Source: an uncultured Actinomycetes bacterium
Lineage (GTDB): Bacteria > Actinomycetota > UBA4738 > HRBIN12
Assembly (NCBI GenBank): GCA_963704885.1
Contig: CAVPIB010000004.1
Span: 128,001-192,000, forward strand
Direction: 5' to 3'
Length of the DNA: 64,000 bases
How positions within the stretch are numbered: position 1 is the stretch's first letter; each line of letters starts with the position of its first letter. A model generated the notes under the pieces. It was not told the DNA's origin. It saw only the letters and a program-made list of their open reading frames with translations, and did no database searches. The translations under genes and the position numbers were made by a program. Positions 51,747 through 62,437 of the stretch are shown here, piece by piece.

Positions 51747-54395
51747 GTGGCCCCCTCGCACGGACCCGACGGTCCGAAACGCATCTTCCTGCTGGACGGA
51801 CACTCGCTCGCGTACCGGGCCTTCTTCGCCTTGCCGGTGACACTCGCCACGAGCACCGGCCAGGTCACGAACGCCGTCTACGGCTTCACATCCATGTTGA
51901 TCAAACTGCTGGCCGACGAGCGCCCCGACTACCTCGCCGTCGCGTTCGACCTGGGCGCGCCAACGGTCCGGCTGGAGAAGTATCCCGAGTACAAGGCCGG
52001 TCGCGCCGAGACGCCGAGCGAGTTCAAGCCGCAGCTGGGGTTGATCGACGAGGTGTTGAACGCACTTCACGTGCCGATGGTTCGCGTCGAGGATCACGAG
52101 GCGGACGACGCCATCGGCACGCTCGCGGTCCGAGCCGCCGAACGAGGGATCGAGGCGGTGATCGTCACCGCCGATCGGGACTTCTTCCAGTTGGTGAGGC
52201 CTGGGATCCGCGTGATGTTCAACCGGCGCGGGATCTCCGACATCGTTCTGTTCGATGAGACGGCCGTCGAGGAGCGCTACGGGGTGAAGCCGGAGCAGTA
52301 CCTGGAGTACGTGGCCCTCAAGGGTGACCCTTCGGACAACATCCCGGGTGTGCCGGGAGTGGGGGAGAAGACCGCGGCCAAGCTCGTGCAGCAGTACGGG
52401 TCCGTTGAGGAGATCGTCGCCAACGTGGACGAGCTTCGCGGCAAGCTCAGGGACAACGTCAAGGCGTCGGTCGAACAGCTCTCCCTGAACCGAGAGCTGG
52501 CGCGGATCGTGACGGACCTCCCGCTAGACGTTGAGCCGGAGGACTGCGTCCTGGGCGATTGGGATCCCGACGAGGTACGGCGGCTGTTCACGTCGCTCGA
52601 GTTCCGATCGCTGCTCGACCGGCTGCAGGAGGCGGGGGTCTCCAAGGCCAAGGTCGAGGTGATAGAGCTGGATCTGCGAGAGGTGCCGGTCGCGGAGCTC
52701 GTGGGCGTGCTGGAGACCTCGGGGCCGAAGGCGGTGCGGTTGGACGCGACCGCCAGCGAGATCCGGGGCGCCGCCGCGTCGGCGGGGGGCGCACAGGCCG
52801 CGTATGCGTCGCTCACTTCTCTCGAGCCCCTCGCGATGGTGCTCGGTTCGCCGGCCGCGCCGAAATGGACGCACGATGCCAAGTCGCTGGAGCGTGGAGC
52901 TATCGCGGGTGGCGTCGCCATCGATGGGGTGGTGTTCGACTCGCTGCTGGCGGGGTACCTGCTGGATCCCGCGGCCGCCGACTACCCGCTCGGGGCCCTT
53001 GGCGAGAAGTATCTGGGCGCCGATGTTCTGGGATCGATCGACGACGAGGAAGAGGGTCAGCTCTTCAGCGAGGCCGGCTGGCGCAGGGTCGCTGCGGAGG
53101 CGGCAGCGGTGGCGCTCCTGGCCCCCGTGATGTACGAGGAGGTCGACAAGCAGGGTCTCCGTGAGCTGCTCGAGACGGTGGAGCTACCGCTCGCATCGGT
53201 GCTCGCCCGCATGGAGGCGCGAGGGGTCGCGCTCGACGTGGGCTACCTGGATGAGATGGGGACGTCGGTCCGCGAGCGTATGGACGAGCTGCAGGCGGAC
53301 GTGTTCCGCGCCGCCGGCGAGGAGTTCAACCTGAACTCGCCGCCTCAGCTGCGCGTGGTCCTGTACGAGAAGCTTGGCCTCTCGCCCGGCAAGCGCACGC
53401 CCAAGGGCCAGCTCTCCACAGACGCGAGCGTGCTGGAGAAGCTCCGCGAGCACCCGGTCGTGGACGCGCTGCTCGACTGGCGCGAGCTGGACAAGCTGAA
53501 CTCGACTTACCTGGAGGCGCTGCCCCGGCTGGTCGACCCTGGCGATGGACGCATCCACACCTCGTTCAATCAGGCCGTGGCGGCCACGGGGCGGTTGTCC
53601 TCGTCCAATCCGAACCTGCAGAACATCCCGGTGCGGACGGAGCTCGGACGCCAGATCCGCCGCGCCTTCGTCCCGGGCGACGCTGGTCAGGTCCTGCTGG
53701 CGGCGGACTACTCGCAGATCGAGCTGCGGATCCTGGCGCACCTGTCCGGCGACGAAGGGTTGCGCGAGGCGTTCGCGTCGGGACACGACATCCACACGGC
53801 GACCGCGGCGCGTGTCTTCGGATTGCCAGAGGACAAGGTGGACCCCGCCCTTCGTTCGCGGGCCAAGATGGTGAACTACGGCCTGGCCTACGGCATGAAC
53901 GCATGGGGCCTGGCGACGCGACTGGACATCGCGCCGGACGAGGCGCAGGAGATCATGGATGCCTACTTCGCGAGCTTCCCCGGCATCCGTGAGTATCTGG
54001 ACCGTCAGGTGGATCGCGCGACCGTCGACGGATTCACCGAGACCTTACTGGGCAGACGTCGCTATATCCCCGAGCTTCATGCGTCGAACCCGCGCGTGCG
54101 CGACCTTGGCCGGCGGCAGGCGTTGAACGCCCCGATCCAGGGGAGCGCGAGCGATGTGTTCAAGGTGGCGATGATCCACGTGGACCGTGCGCTGAGGGAA
54201 CATCCGGAGCTCGACTGCCATATGTTGATGACCGTCCACGACGAGTTGGTGTTCGAGGTGAGCGAAGCCACGGTCGATGAGGCCGCGGCGCTGGTGAAGG
54301 AACGGATGGAGGCCGCCGTCCAGTTGGAGGTCGCTCTGCGCGCCGACATCGGTTGGGGCTCCAACTGGTCTGAAGCAGCTCCCGAAGGCCACTGA
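51747..54395 (+). CDS. polA: DNA polymerase I
   Basis: LLDGHSLAYRAF, EADD, GDPSDNIPGV, DYSQIELR, VHDELV; TAGAAT 7 nt upstream. Confidence 0.98.
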   Translation: MAPSHGPDGPKRIFLLDGHSLAYRAFFALPVTLATSTGQVTNAVYGFTSMLIKLLADERPDYLAVAFDLGAPTVRLEKYPEYKAGRAETPSEFKPQLGLIDEVLNALHVPMVRVEDHEADDAIGTLAVRAAERGIEAVIVTADRDFFQLVRPGIRVMFNRRGISDIVLFDETAVEERYGVKPEQYLEYVALKGDPSDNIPGVPGVGEKTAAKLVQQYGSVEEIVANVDELRGKLRDNVKASVEQLSLNRELARIVTDLPLDVEPEDCVLGDWDPDEVRRLFTSLEFRSLLDRLQEAGVSKAKVEVIELDLREVPVAELVGVLETSGPKAVRLDATASEIRGAAASAGGAQAAYASLTSLEPLAMVLGSPAAPKWTHDAKSLERGAIAGGVAIDGVVFDSLLAGYLLDPAAADYPLGALGEKYLGADVLGSIDDEEEGQLFSEAGWRRVAAEAAAVALLAPVMYEEVDKQGLRELLETVELPLASVLARMEARGVALDVGYLDEMGTSVRERMDELQADVFRAAGEEFNLNSPPQLRVVLYEKLGLSPGKRTPKGQLSTDASVLEKLREHPVVDALLDWRELDKLNSTYLEALPRLVDPGDGRIHTSFNQAVAATGRLSSSNPNLQNIPVRTELGRQIRRAFVPGDAGQVLLAADYSQIELRILAHLSGDEGLREAFASGHDIHTATAARVFGLPEDKVDPALRSRAKMVNYGLAYGMNAWGLATRLDIAPDEAQEIMDAYFASFPGIREYLDRQVDRATVDGFTETLLGRRRYIPELHASNPRVRDLGRRQALNAPIQGSASDVFKVAMIHVDRALREHPELDCHMLMTVHDELVFEVSEATVDEAAALVKERMEAAVQLEVALRADIGWGSNWSEAAPEGH

Positions 54396-54407
54396 CCCCT
54401 CGCGGCG

Positions 54408-54437
54408 TTGACGGCGTTTGGGCTGGTCACCTACCAT
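54408..54437 (+). promoter_or_regulatory. rpsA promoter
   Basis: TTGACG-18 nt-TACCAT. Confidence 0.6.
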
Positions 54438-54523
54438 CCCTCTTGGCCGCAGGGCTCCTGCGCCGCTCGCAAATCCCAAACCGCGAGTCGGTGAGCCCGG
54501 CGCGCCAGGAGGAGAACCACCGC

Positions 54524-56221
54524 ATGAGTGAGAACGAGACGAAGGTCGCCGACGCGACCGAGAGCACCGACACCACCGAGGCACCCGGGGCGATCGCCGT
54601 GGCTGAAGCCACCGAGACGGCGCCGACCGTCGAGTCGGCGGCGCCCGCCGAGCCTGAGCGGGACTTGACGCCTGAAGAGCTCATCATCGCCATGGAGGAG
54701 TCCCTGCGGGACTTCAACGACGGCGACATCGTCGACGGAGAGGTCGTGAAGATCGACCGCGACGAGGTCCTACTGGATATCGGTTACAAGTCGGAGGGCG
54801 TGATCCCGAGCAAGGAGCTATCGATCCGCCACGACGTCGACCCGAACGAGGTAGTGAAGGTCGGCGACAAGATCGAGGCCTTGGTCCTGCAGAAAGAGGA
54901 CAAGGAAGGCCGGCTGATCCTCTCGAAGAAGCGCGCGCAGTATGAGCGGGCGTGGGGCAACATCGAAGAGGTCATGCGGTCAGGAGAGACGATCACGGGG
55001 CCGGTGATCGAGGTCGTGAAGGGCGGGTTGATACTGGACATCGGCCTGCGCGGGTTCCTCCCAGCGTCGTTGGTGGATCTTCGCCGAGTACGTGATCTGC
55101 ATCCGTTCGTGGGCACCGACCTCGAGTGCAAGATCATCGAGCTCGACCGAAACAGGAACAACGTGGTGCTCAGCCGCCGCGCGTTCCTGGAGGAGTCGCA
55201 GTCCGAGGGCCGCAAGTCGTTCCTGGAGGGCCTGACCAAGGGCGAGCGTCGCAAGGGTGCGGTCAGCTCGATCGTGAACTTCGGGGCCTTCGTCGACCTG
55301 GGCGGTGTGGACGGCCTGGTGCACGTCTCCGAGCTCTCGTGGAAGCACGTCGATCACCCCGGTGAGGTCGTCACGGTCGGCGAAGAGGTCGAGGTCGAGG
55401 TGCTCGACGTCGACCTAGAACGTGAGCGCGTGTCGCTCTCGCTCAAGGCGACGCAGGAAGACCCCTGGAAAGAGTTCGAGCGTCGCTACCAGGCCGGCGA
55501 GATCATCGACGGACAAGTCACGAAGCTCGTGCCGTTCGGGGCATTCGTCCGCGTGGCGCCGGGGATCGAGGGTCTGGTGCATATCTCGGAGTTGTCCCAC
55601 GAGCACGTCGACACACCGGAGTCCGTCCTCTCGGTGGGCGACGAGGTCCGCGCGAAGGTCATCGACGTCGACGTGTCGCGCAGACGCGTGAGCCTTTCCA
55701 TGCGTGCGGTGATGGACAAGCCGCGCGCGACCGAGATCGTTGCCGAGGTCGAACCCGAAGCGGCAGCCGAGCCGGAGATGGCGCCCGCGACGCTGGAGGT
55801 GCCGCAGGCGATCCTTGATGCGGTGGCGGAGGCCGAGGCCGATGCCCCGGCCGAGGAGGCCGAGGCCGATGCCCCGGCCGAGGCTGAGAGCTCGGTAGCG
55901 GAAGCCGCGATGGACGAGCTCGCCGAGGTGTCCGCTTCGGCCGACCCCATACAGGCGCTTGCAGAGGAGCCCGTCATCGAGGTCGAGGAGGCGGCTCCCG
56001 TGGAGGTCACGGTCGCCGAGCCCGTCGCCGCCGAACCGGAGTCTGAACCAGCGCCAGAGCCCGTGGTCGAGGCGGAAGCAGTTGAGGCCCCCTCCGAACC
56101 CGCTGCCGCCGAGCCCGAGATCGTCGAGCCCGAGACCGCCGAGCCGGCGGCGTCCGACGAGGAGGTCTCGCTCGAGGCCATCCTCGAGGATCTTCGCCGG
56201 CGCGAAGGTCGCAAAGAGTAG
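54524..56221 (+). CDS. rpsA: 30S ribosomal protein S1 (4 S1 domains plus acidic tail)
   Basis: LLDIGYKSEG, FGAFVDLGGVDGLVHVSELSW, EGLVHISEL. Confidence 0.96.
   Translation: MSENETKVADATESTDTTEAPGAIAVAEATETAPTVESAAPAEPERDLTPEELIIAMEESLRDFNDGDIVDGEVVKIDRDEVLLDIGYKSEGVIPSKELSIRHDVDPNEVVKVGDKIEALVLQKEDKEGRLILSKKRAQYERAWGNIEEVMRSGETITGPVIEVVKGGLILDIGLRGFLPASLVDLRRVRDLHPFVGTDLECKIIELDRNRNNVVLSRRAFLEESQSEGRKSFLEGLTKGERRKGAVSSIVNFGAFVDLGGVDGLVHVSELSWKHVDHPGEVVTVGEEVEVEVLDVDLERERVSLSLKATQEDPWKEFERRYQAGEIIDGQVTKLVPFGAFVRVAPGIEGLVHISELSHEHVDTPESVLSVGDEVRAKVIDVDVSRRRVSLSMRAVMDKPRATEIVAEVEPEAAAEPEMAPATLEVPQAILDAVAEAEADAPAEEAEADAPAEAESSVAEAAMDELAEVSASADPIQALAEEPVIEVEEAAPVEVTVAEPVAAEPESEPAPEPVVEAEAVEAPSEPAAAEPEIVEPETAEPAASDEEVSLEAILEDLRRREGRKE
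55829..55882 (+). repeat. 27-bp exact tandem duplication in rpsA tail
   Basis: GAGGCCGAGGCCGATGCCCCGGCCGAG x2 (EAEADAPAE). Confidence 0.9.
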
Positions 56222-56253
56222 GGACGCCGGGCCGCGGATCGGCCCGTCTCGAC

Positions 56254-56862
56254 ATGTTGCTCGTCGGACTCACCGGCGGTATCGGGTCTGGCAAGTCGAC
56301 GGTTGCCCGGCTACTGGCCGCCCGTGGCGCCGTCGTCATCGATGCCGACGATCTGGCTCGACGGGCGGTCGGTCCCGGCACGGACGCCTTCGACCGTGTG
56401 GTCAAGGTGTTCGGTAGCGACATCCTCTCCGGCAACGGCGATCTGGACCGTCGTCGGCTGGGCGAGGTCGTATTCGCCGACGCGGCCCTGCGTCAGGAGC
56501 TGGAGGGGATCGTTCATCCCGAGGTCGCCCGCCTATTCGCGGAGGCGCTGAACCAGCATCGAGAGACCGACGACGTGGTCGTCTATTCGGTCCCCCTCTT
56601 GGTAGAGCTGGGCATGGCCGACGCGTTCGATGTGGTCGTGGTCGTGGTGGCGGATGCGCGAACCCGCGTGGAACGCGTCGCGCGAGATCGGGGCTTGGAC
56701 CCCCGCGAGGTGCGTGCCAGGATCGCCGCTCAGGTGTCCGACGACGATCGTTCTCGTGTGGCCGGGGTGCTGCTGGACAACGACGGCGAGCCCGAAGAGC
56801 TTGAGCGGCAGGTCGACCGTCTCTGGAGCGACCTGGCGGAGCAAGCGGTCGCCGACCCGTGA
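56254..56862 (+). CDS. coaE: Dephospho-CoA kinase
   Basis: GLTGGIGSGKSTV, IDAD, LDR..LG, IVHP. Confidence 0.96.
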   Translation: MLLVGLTGGIGSGKSTVARLLAARGAVVIDADDLARRAVGPGTDAFDRVVKVFGSDILSGNGDLDRRRLGEVVFADAALRQELEGIVHPEVARLFAEALNQHRETDDVVVYSVPLLVELGMADAFDVVVVVVADARTRVERVARDRGLDPREVRARIAAQVSDDDRSRVAGVLLDNDGEPEELERQVDRLWSDLAEQAVADP

Positions 56863-56887
56863 GCTCGCCGTCGGTATCATCGCGCCC

Positions 56888-57586
56888 GTGACGCTCCGCG
56901 CCGTCTTCTTCGATGCCGGTGAGACGCTCGTGCACCCTGCGCCTTCGTTCCCGGAGCTCTTCGCCGCCATCGTGACGCGCGAGGGGCATCCGCGCGACAT
57001 CCCACAGATCATGGAAGGCCTCTCCATGGTGTCCGACGAGTTCTCCCGCGCCGCTAGGGAGAACGAGCTCTGGACGACGAGCCCCGGTCGCTCGCGGCGG
57101 TTCTGGCTGGGCGTATACGACCTGTTCCTGGAGGCGCTCGACATCCCGCAGGCGAACGGACTTCCCGATACGCTCTTCCGGGAGTTCACAGCCCTTCACA
57201 ACTACACGGCCTTCGACGATGTTCGACCTACGCTCGAATCACTTACAGAGCAAGGGTATCTGCTGGGCGTGATCTCCAACTTCGAGCCTTGGCTGGAGGA
57301 CCTGTTGGTGCACCTGTCGCTCGTTGATCTGCTACCGGTGCGCGTGATCTCCGGGATCGAGGGAGTGGAGAAGCCCGACCCGTCGATCTTCCTGCTGGCC
57401 CTGCAGCGCAGTGGTCTGTTGGCTCACGAGGTCGCGTACGTCGGCGACATGCCGGACTTCGACGTCGTTCCGGCCGCGGCGCTCGGTATGTTCCCCATCC
57501 TCATCGATCGCCGAGGGCGCCATCCCGACCACGACGGGGTGCGCGTGAGCGACCTCGCCCACATCCCGGGGCTGCTGCGTGGTTGA
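56888..57586 (+). CDS. HAD-IA family hydrolase
   Basis: FFDAGETL, ISN, EKPDP.IF, YVGD...D. Confidence 0.9.
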   Translation: MTLRAVFFDAGETLVHPAPSFPELFAAIVTREGHPRDIPQIMEGLSMVSDEFSRAARENELWTTSPGRSRRFWLGVYDLFLEALDIPQANGLPDTLFREFTALHNYTAFDDVRPTLESLTEQGYLLGVISNFEPWLEDLLVHLSLVDLLPVRVISGIEGVEKPDPSIFLLALQRSGLLAHEVAYVGDMPDFDVVPAAALGMFPILIDRRGRHPDHDGVRVSDLAHIPGLLRG

Positions 57587-57953
57587 GCCGGAGCGTCTCT
57601 TCACCCGCGACGAGGCCCAGGCCGAGCTGGAAGAGCTGCGCGAGCGCCTACCCCGCATCCGGGAGGCTCGGCACGCCTTGATCAAGGCGAGCGCGCGCAT
57701 CACCGAGGCGGTCGCCGTGGATGGAGGTGGCGTGGCAGGCACCGACTGGTTCGGCGCGCAGCAGACGCTGAAGGCAGATGTCGAGTACTTGGCCGAACGA
57801 GGGATCCTGCTCCGCGACCCCGAGACGGGGCTGGTGGACTTCCCCGGGGTGGTCGAAGGGCGTCGCGTGTTCCTCTGTTGGCGCCTGGGCGAGGACGACG
57901 TGGCCTGGTACCACGAGGAGCGCTCCGGGTTCTCAGGACGCAAGTCGCTGTGA
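57579..57953 (+). CDS. DUF2203 family protein
   Basis: FT..EA, LRD..GLVDFP..V.LCWRLGE..WYH..GF.GRK. Confidence 0.9.
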   Translation: MVEPERLFTRDEAQAELEELRERLPRIREARHALIKASARITEAVAVDGGGVAGTDWFGAQQTLKADVEYLAERGILLRDPETGLVDFPGVVEGRRVFLCWRLGEDDVAWYHEERSGFSGRKSL

Positions 57954-58045
57954 GTCCTGACAGGCCAGTCGTCCTGGCCATGGGCGCGAAGACGGACTGC
58001 GATCTGCGCCAGGACCTCGGATCCATGCCGGGTTAGGGTGATTCC

Positions 58046-58954
58046 GTGACCGAGCGCGTGATCGAGATCCGAGGCCTGCGGAAGTCCTACGGCGACGTCG
58101 AGGCCGTGAAGGGGATCGACCTGCACGTGGAGCGCGGTGAGGTCTTCGCCCTCCTCGGACCCAACGGCGCCGGCAAGACGACGACCGCGGAGATCCTGGA
58201 AGGGTTCCGGTCGAAGACGGACGGCGAGGTGAGCGTCCTGGGACACGACCCCGCGCGGCGAGAGGTCTCGCTCAAACAGCGGATCGGGATCGTGCTCCAG
58301 TCAACCGGCATCGACCCCTTCCTCACCGTGCGCGAGACGGTCGAGCTGTACAGCGGCTACTTCCCGCATCCGCGCGACGTCGACGAGGTGATCGACCTCG
58401 TCGGGTTGGCCGAGAAGCGCACCACGCGGGTGAACAAGCTCTCCGGCGGGCAGCAGCGGCGCCTGGACGTCGCGATCGCGCTCGCGGGGGATCCCGAGTT
58501 GCTCTTCCTGGACGAACCGACGACCGGGTTCGACCCGAACGCCAGGCGGAACGCGTGGGAGATCGTGAAGAACCTGGTGGGGATCGGGAAGACCGTGTTC
58601 CTCACGACGCACTTCATGGACGAGGCGCAGTACCTCGCGAACCGCGTCGCGGTGATTTCCCACGGCCAGATCGTAGCCGAGGGGCCACCGGACACGCTGT
58701 CGGGCCGGGACACGATGCTCGCGCGGATCCGGTTTCGCGTGGCGGGTGACGGCGCGACTCCGCCCGATCTCGGACAAGTGCGCCTGGACGACGGCTCCTT
58801 CGAGATCAGAGCCGAAGATCCGAGGAAGCCAGTTCACGAGCTGACCGGCTGGGCGCTCGTCGGTGGGGTCGAGTTCGAAGTGCTCGAGGTGACCCGCCCG
58901 AGCTTGGAGGACGTCTACCTGGACATCACCGGCGGAGAGGAGGGTTCGGAGTGA
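58046..58954 (+). CDS. ABC-2 exporter ATPase
   Basis: GPNGAGKTT, LSGGQQRR, DEPTTG.DP, TTH.MDEA, PSLEDVYL. Confidence 0.93.
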   Translation: MTERVIEIRGLRKSYGDVEAVKGIDLHVERGEVFALLGPNGAGKTTTAEILEGFRSKTDGEVSVLGHDPARREVSLKQRIGIVLQSTGIDPFLTVRETVELYSGYFPHPRDVDEVIDLVGLAEKRTTRVNKLSGGQQRRLDVAIALAGDPELLFLDEPTTGFDPNARRNAWEIVKNLVGIGKTVFLTTHFMDEAQYLANRVAVISHGQIVAEGPPDTLSGRDTMLARIRFRVAGDGATPPDLGQVRLDDGSFEIRAEDPRKPVHELTGWALVGGVEFEVLEVTRPSLEDVYLDITGGEEGSE

Positions 58955-59727
58955 GCACCGTCGGGTTGACGCTTCGGCAGGTCCGCTTCACGAACAAGGC
59001 CTTCTGGCGCAACCCGGCCTCGGCGTTCTTCACGTTCGCCTTCCCGCTGATGTTCCTCGTGATCTTCACTTCACTCCTGGGGAGCGGCACGATAGAGGTC
59101 GCACCGGGGATCGTGATCGACCAATCGACCTACTACGTCGCGTCGATGGCTGCCTTCTCGGTCATCTCGGCTTGTTACACCAACATCGCGATCAGCGTGT
59201 GCTTCAACCGCGACGCCGGCATCCTCAAGCGGACGCGAGGTACACCCTTGCCCGGTTCGGCGTATCTCGCCGCGCGAATCGTTCATTCGCTGGGGGTCGC
59301 GATCATCCTCGTGGTGATCACCGAGGCCTTCGGCGCCGCCTTCTACGGGGCGGACGTACCTACGGGCGTGCAGATCGTGGAATCGCTATTCGTCATCGTG
59401 GTGGGGGCCATGAGTCTGGCTGCGCTCGCTCTCGCGCTGACCTCGGTGATCCCTAACGCCGACGCGGCGCCGCCGATCGTGAACGCGTCGATCCTGCCGT
59501 TGTTGTTCCTGTCCGGGGTGTTCATCCCGCTGGGAGTAGACGCGCCGGCGTGGGTCACGTTCATTGGGCGCGTGTTTCCGATCAAACCATTCTTCGACGC
59601 CATCATGGCGAGCCTCTATGGATCGCCATTCGAGTTCGACTGGTCGGACATCCTCGTGGTGGCGGCGTGGGGGCTCGTCGGCTTGATCCTGGCGGCTCGA
59701 TTCTTCAGCTGGGAGCCTCGGAAGTAG
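58951..59727 (+). CDS. ABC-2 type permease
   Basis: FWRNP..FFTFAFPL, RDAGILKR..GTP, FLSGVF, six TM. Confidence 0.9.
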   Translation: MSTVGLTLRQVRFTNKAFWRNPASAFFTFAFPLMFLVIFTSLLGSGTIEVAPGIVIDQSTYYVASMAAFSVISACYTNIAISVCFNRDAGILKRTRGTPLPGSAYLAARIVHSLGVAIILVVITEAFGAAFYGADVPTGVQIVESLFVIVVGAMSLAALALALTSVIPNADAAPPIVNASILPLLFLSGVFIPLGVDAPAWVTFIGRVFPIKPFFDAIMASLYGSPFEFDWSDILVVAAWGLVGLILAARFFSWEPRK

Positions 59728-59806
59728 GTCGCTGTGCTAGGCTCGCCGCCTCGGATCGGGGAGTCTTCGGTCCGCCATCTTGGCAGGTGAACGAGGGGGT
59801 TCCGTG

Positions 59807-60751
59807 ATGCGCAAGCTCTTGGTCGGTCTGGTCGCGTTGACGTTCGTCGCGGCTGCGTGCGCCAATGAAGACAACTCCGGCGCGGGTTCGACGCCCAGCG
59901 TTAGCGAGACTTCCTCTGAGTCACCGTCCGTGGTCGCCACGGCTGCGACCTGTGCCGCGGACGCCACCTTCATCACGGCCGGGACCTTCACCGTGGGTAC
60001 GGACAACCCCGCGTACCCGCCGTACTTCCAGGGAGGGAGCGAGAAGGCTTCGGACTGGGAGTTCAACGACCCCAACAACGGCGAGGGCTTCGAGAGCGCG
60101 GTCGCGTACGCGGTGGCCGAGAGGCTCGGGTTCAGTGCCGAACAGGTGTCGTGGACCATGGTGCCGTTCGTGCAGTCTTACGCACCCGGCGCCAAGGCGT
60201 TCGATGTCGACATCAACCAGATCTCCTATAAGCCGGCGCGCGCGCAGGCCGTGGACTTCAGCGAGAGCTACTACGACGTGAACCAAGCGCTCATCGGGAT
60301 CAAGGGCACGCCGATCACCGGCGCGACCTCGATCGCCGATCTCAAGGACTACGCGTTGGCAACACAGCTCGGGACCACCAGCTTTGACTACATCCAGAAC
60401 GTGATCCAACCGACTCAGGATGCCGGCGTCTACCAGAAGCTCTCCGACGCCGTGGCGGCTATCAACGCCGGCCAGGTTGACGGGCTGGTGGTCGACTATC
60501 CGACCGCGCTCTACATGGCGGACCCGTTCGTCCAGCAGGTGAAGAAGTCGGTCGTCGTGGGTCAGTTCGCGAACCCTGAGGGCTCCACGCCCGAGTATTT
60601 CGGCATGGTCCTGGCCAAGGGGAGTCCGCTCACGGCATGCGTGAACATGGCCATCGACGAGCTGAAGGCCGATGGGACGCTCGACGCGATCACCAAGGAG
60701 TGGCTGTCCGACAAGACCAACGTCGGCACGGTTCCTGAGTTCACCACTTAG
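59807..60751 (+). CDS. Polar amino acid ABC substrate-binding lipoprotein
   Basis: Lipobox AAAC, TDNPAYPP, GEGFESAVAYAVA, DGTLDAIT..WL. Confidence 0.92.
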   Translation: MRKLLVGLVALTFVAAACANEDNSGAGSTPSVSETSSESPSVVATAATCAADATFITAGTFTVGTDNPAYPPYFQGGSEKASDWEFNDPNNGEGFESAVAYAVAERLGFSAEQVSWTMVPFVQSYAPGAKAFDVDINQISYKPARAQAVDFSESYYDVNQALIGIKGTPITGATSIADLKDYALATQLGTTSFDYIQNVIQPTQDAGVYQKLSDAVAAINAGQVDGLVVDYPTALYMADPFVQQVKKSVVVGQFANPEGSTPEYFGMVLAKGSPLTACVNMAIDELKADGTLDAITKEWLSDKTNVGTVPEFTT

Positions 60752-60759
60752 CGAGGAAC

Positions 60760-61659
60760 GTGTCGTACGGCGGGCCGGGTCTCGCAGACGTCCAGCCGGG
60801 TGACCCCCGGCATGAACCGGGTGATCGATCGTCCAAGATCCTCGGCCCCCTCCGGGCGGAGGGTGGGCGCGGTGTCCTGGTCGCCACCATCAGCACCGTC
60901 GTCGTCATCGGCCTGATCGTCTTCGTGGTGCTGCATTCGGCGCACTGGCTGGAGTTCAAGCAGGCCTTCTTCAACGCGCAGGTGCTGGGAGATACCTTCC
61001 CCGACATCCTCAGCGCGTTCCGGAGGAACATCCTCTACTTCTTGATCGCCGAGCCGATCATCCTGGCGCTCGCCCTGCTGCTCGCGGTCATGAGGTCGCT
61101 TCCCGGACCGGTCTTCTTCCCGTTGCGACTGGTAGCCACCATCTACGTGGACGTGTTCCGCGGGATCCCCACGATCCTGGTGATCTACCTCCTGGGGTTC
61201 GGGGTGCCGGCCCTGCAGATCCCGGGGCTGCCGACCTCGGCGATCCCCTGGGCGCTCCTCGGCCTGATCCTCAGCTACTCGGCCTACGTGGCCGAGGTCT
61301 ACCGCGCGGGGATCGAGTCCGTTCATCCGAGCCAGGCGGCGGCGGCTCGCTCGCTCGGACTGGGACGCTGGCAGACCCTCAGGTTCGTGATCGTGCCGCA
61401 AGCGGTTCGACGTGTCATCCCGCCTTTGCTGAACGACTTCATCGCCCTTCAGAAGGACACGGCGCTCGTCGCCGTGGTGGCGGGTTTTCCCTATGAGGCG
61501 TTCCTCCAATCTCAGATCTTCCAGGCGGCCACGTTCAACTTCACGCCCGTCCTGGGCGCAGCGATCTGCTTCCTGGTGATCACGCTACCCCTGACGCGGT
61601 TCACCGACTGGCTCGTCGGTCGTCAGCGGAAGAAGCGACAGGCAGGGGGTGCGCTGTGA
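60760..61659 (+). CDS. Polar amino acid ABC permease
   Basis: [38 protein letters not shown]. Confidence 0.93.
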   Translation: MSYGGPGLADVQPGDPRHEPGDRSSKILGPLRAEGGRGVLVATISTVVVIGLIVFVVLHSAHWLEFKQAFFNAQVLGDTFPDILSAFRRNILYFLIAEPIILALALLLAVMRSLPGPVFFPLRLVATIYVDVFRGIPTILVIYLLGFGVPALQIPGLPTSAIPWALLGLILSYSAYVAEVYRAGIESVHPSQAAAARSLGLGRWQTLRFVIVPQAVRRVIPPLLNDFIALQKDTALVAVVAGFPYEAFLQSQIFQAATFNFTPVLGAAICFLVITLPLTRFTDWLVGRQRKKRQAGGAL

Positions 61660-62402
61660 CCGAGGCGATCCGCGTATCCGGGCTCAAGAAGCGATTCGGG
61701 ACACTCGAAGTGTTACGCGGGTTGGACCTCACGGTCGAGGACCACGAGGTGATCTGCTTGATCGGTGCGTCGGGCTCGGGTAAGTCGACCCTGTTGCGGT
61801 GCCTCAACCTGGTCGAGCCCATCGACTCGGGCTCGATCGTGATCCATGGACGGGAGATCACGGCGCCAGGGGTCGACGTCAACGCGATCAGACGCCAGAT
61901 CGGGATCGTCTTCCAATCCTTCAACCTTTTCCCGCATATGACCGCGCGTCGGAACATCACGCTGGCGCCGACGCGGGTACTGAAGATGCCGCGCGCCCAA
62001 GCGGACGAGGAGGCGCGCCAGCTGCTGGATCGGTTTGGGCTGCTGGACAAGGCCGACGAGTACCCCGACCGATTGTCGGGCGGTCAGCAACAGCGCGTGG
62101 CCATCATGCGAGCTCTCGCGATGCAGCCCGACATCATGTTGCTCGACGAGGTCACCAGCGCGCTCGACCCGGAACTGGTGGCGGAGGTCCTTGACGTGAT
62201 CCGCGAGCTGGCGACCGGTGGCATGACCATGCTGATCGCGACCCACGAGATGGGCTTCGCGCGCGACATCGCGAGCCGGGTGTGCTTCCTAGATGAAGGC
62301 GTCATCCTGGAGCAGGGTCCTCCAGAGCAGATCTTCACGGACCCGAAGCAGGAGCGCACGAAGCAGTTCCTGCAGCGGATCATCGCGGCAGGCCGGATGT
62401 GA
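61656..62402 (+). CDS. Polar amino acid ABC ATPase
   Basis: [34 protein letters not shown]. Confidence 0.95.
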   Translation: MTEAIRVSGLKKRFGTLEVLRGLDLTVEDHEVICLIGASGSGKSTLLRCLNLVEPIDSGSIVIHGREITAPGVDVNAIRRQIGIVFQSFNLFPHMTARRNITLAPTRVLKMPRAQADEEARQLLDRFGLLDKADEYPDRLSGGQQQRVAIMRALAMQPDIMLLDEVTSALDPELVAEVLDVIRELATGGMTMLIATHEMGFARDIASRVCFLDEGVILEQGPPEQIFTDPKQERTKQFLQRIIAAGRM

Positions 62403-62437
62403 GCGGGAGGGCGGATGGAGTTGCGCGGCTCGTCGAC

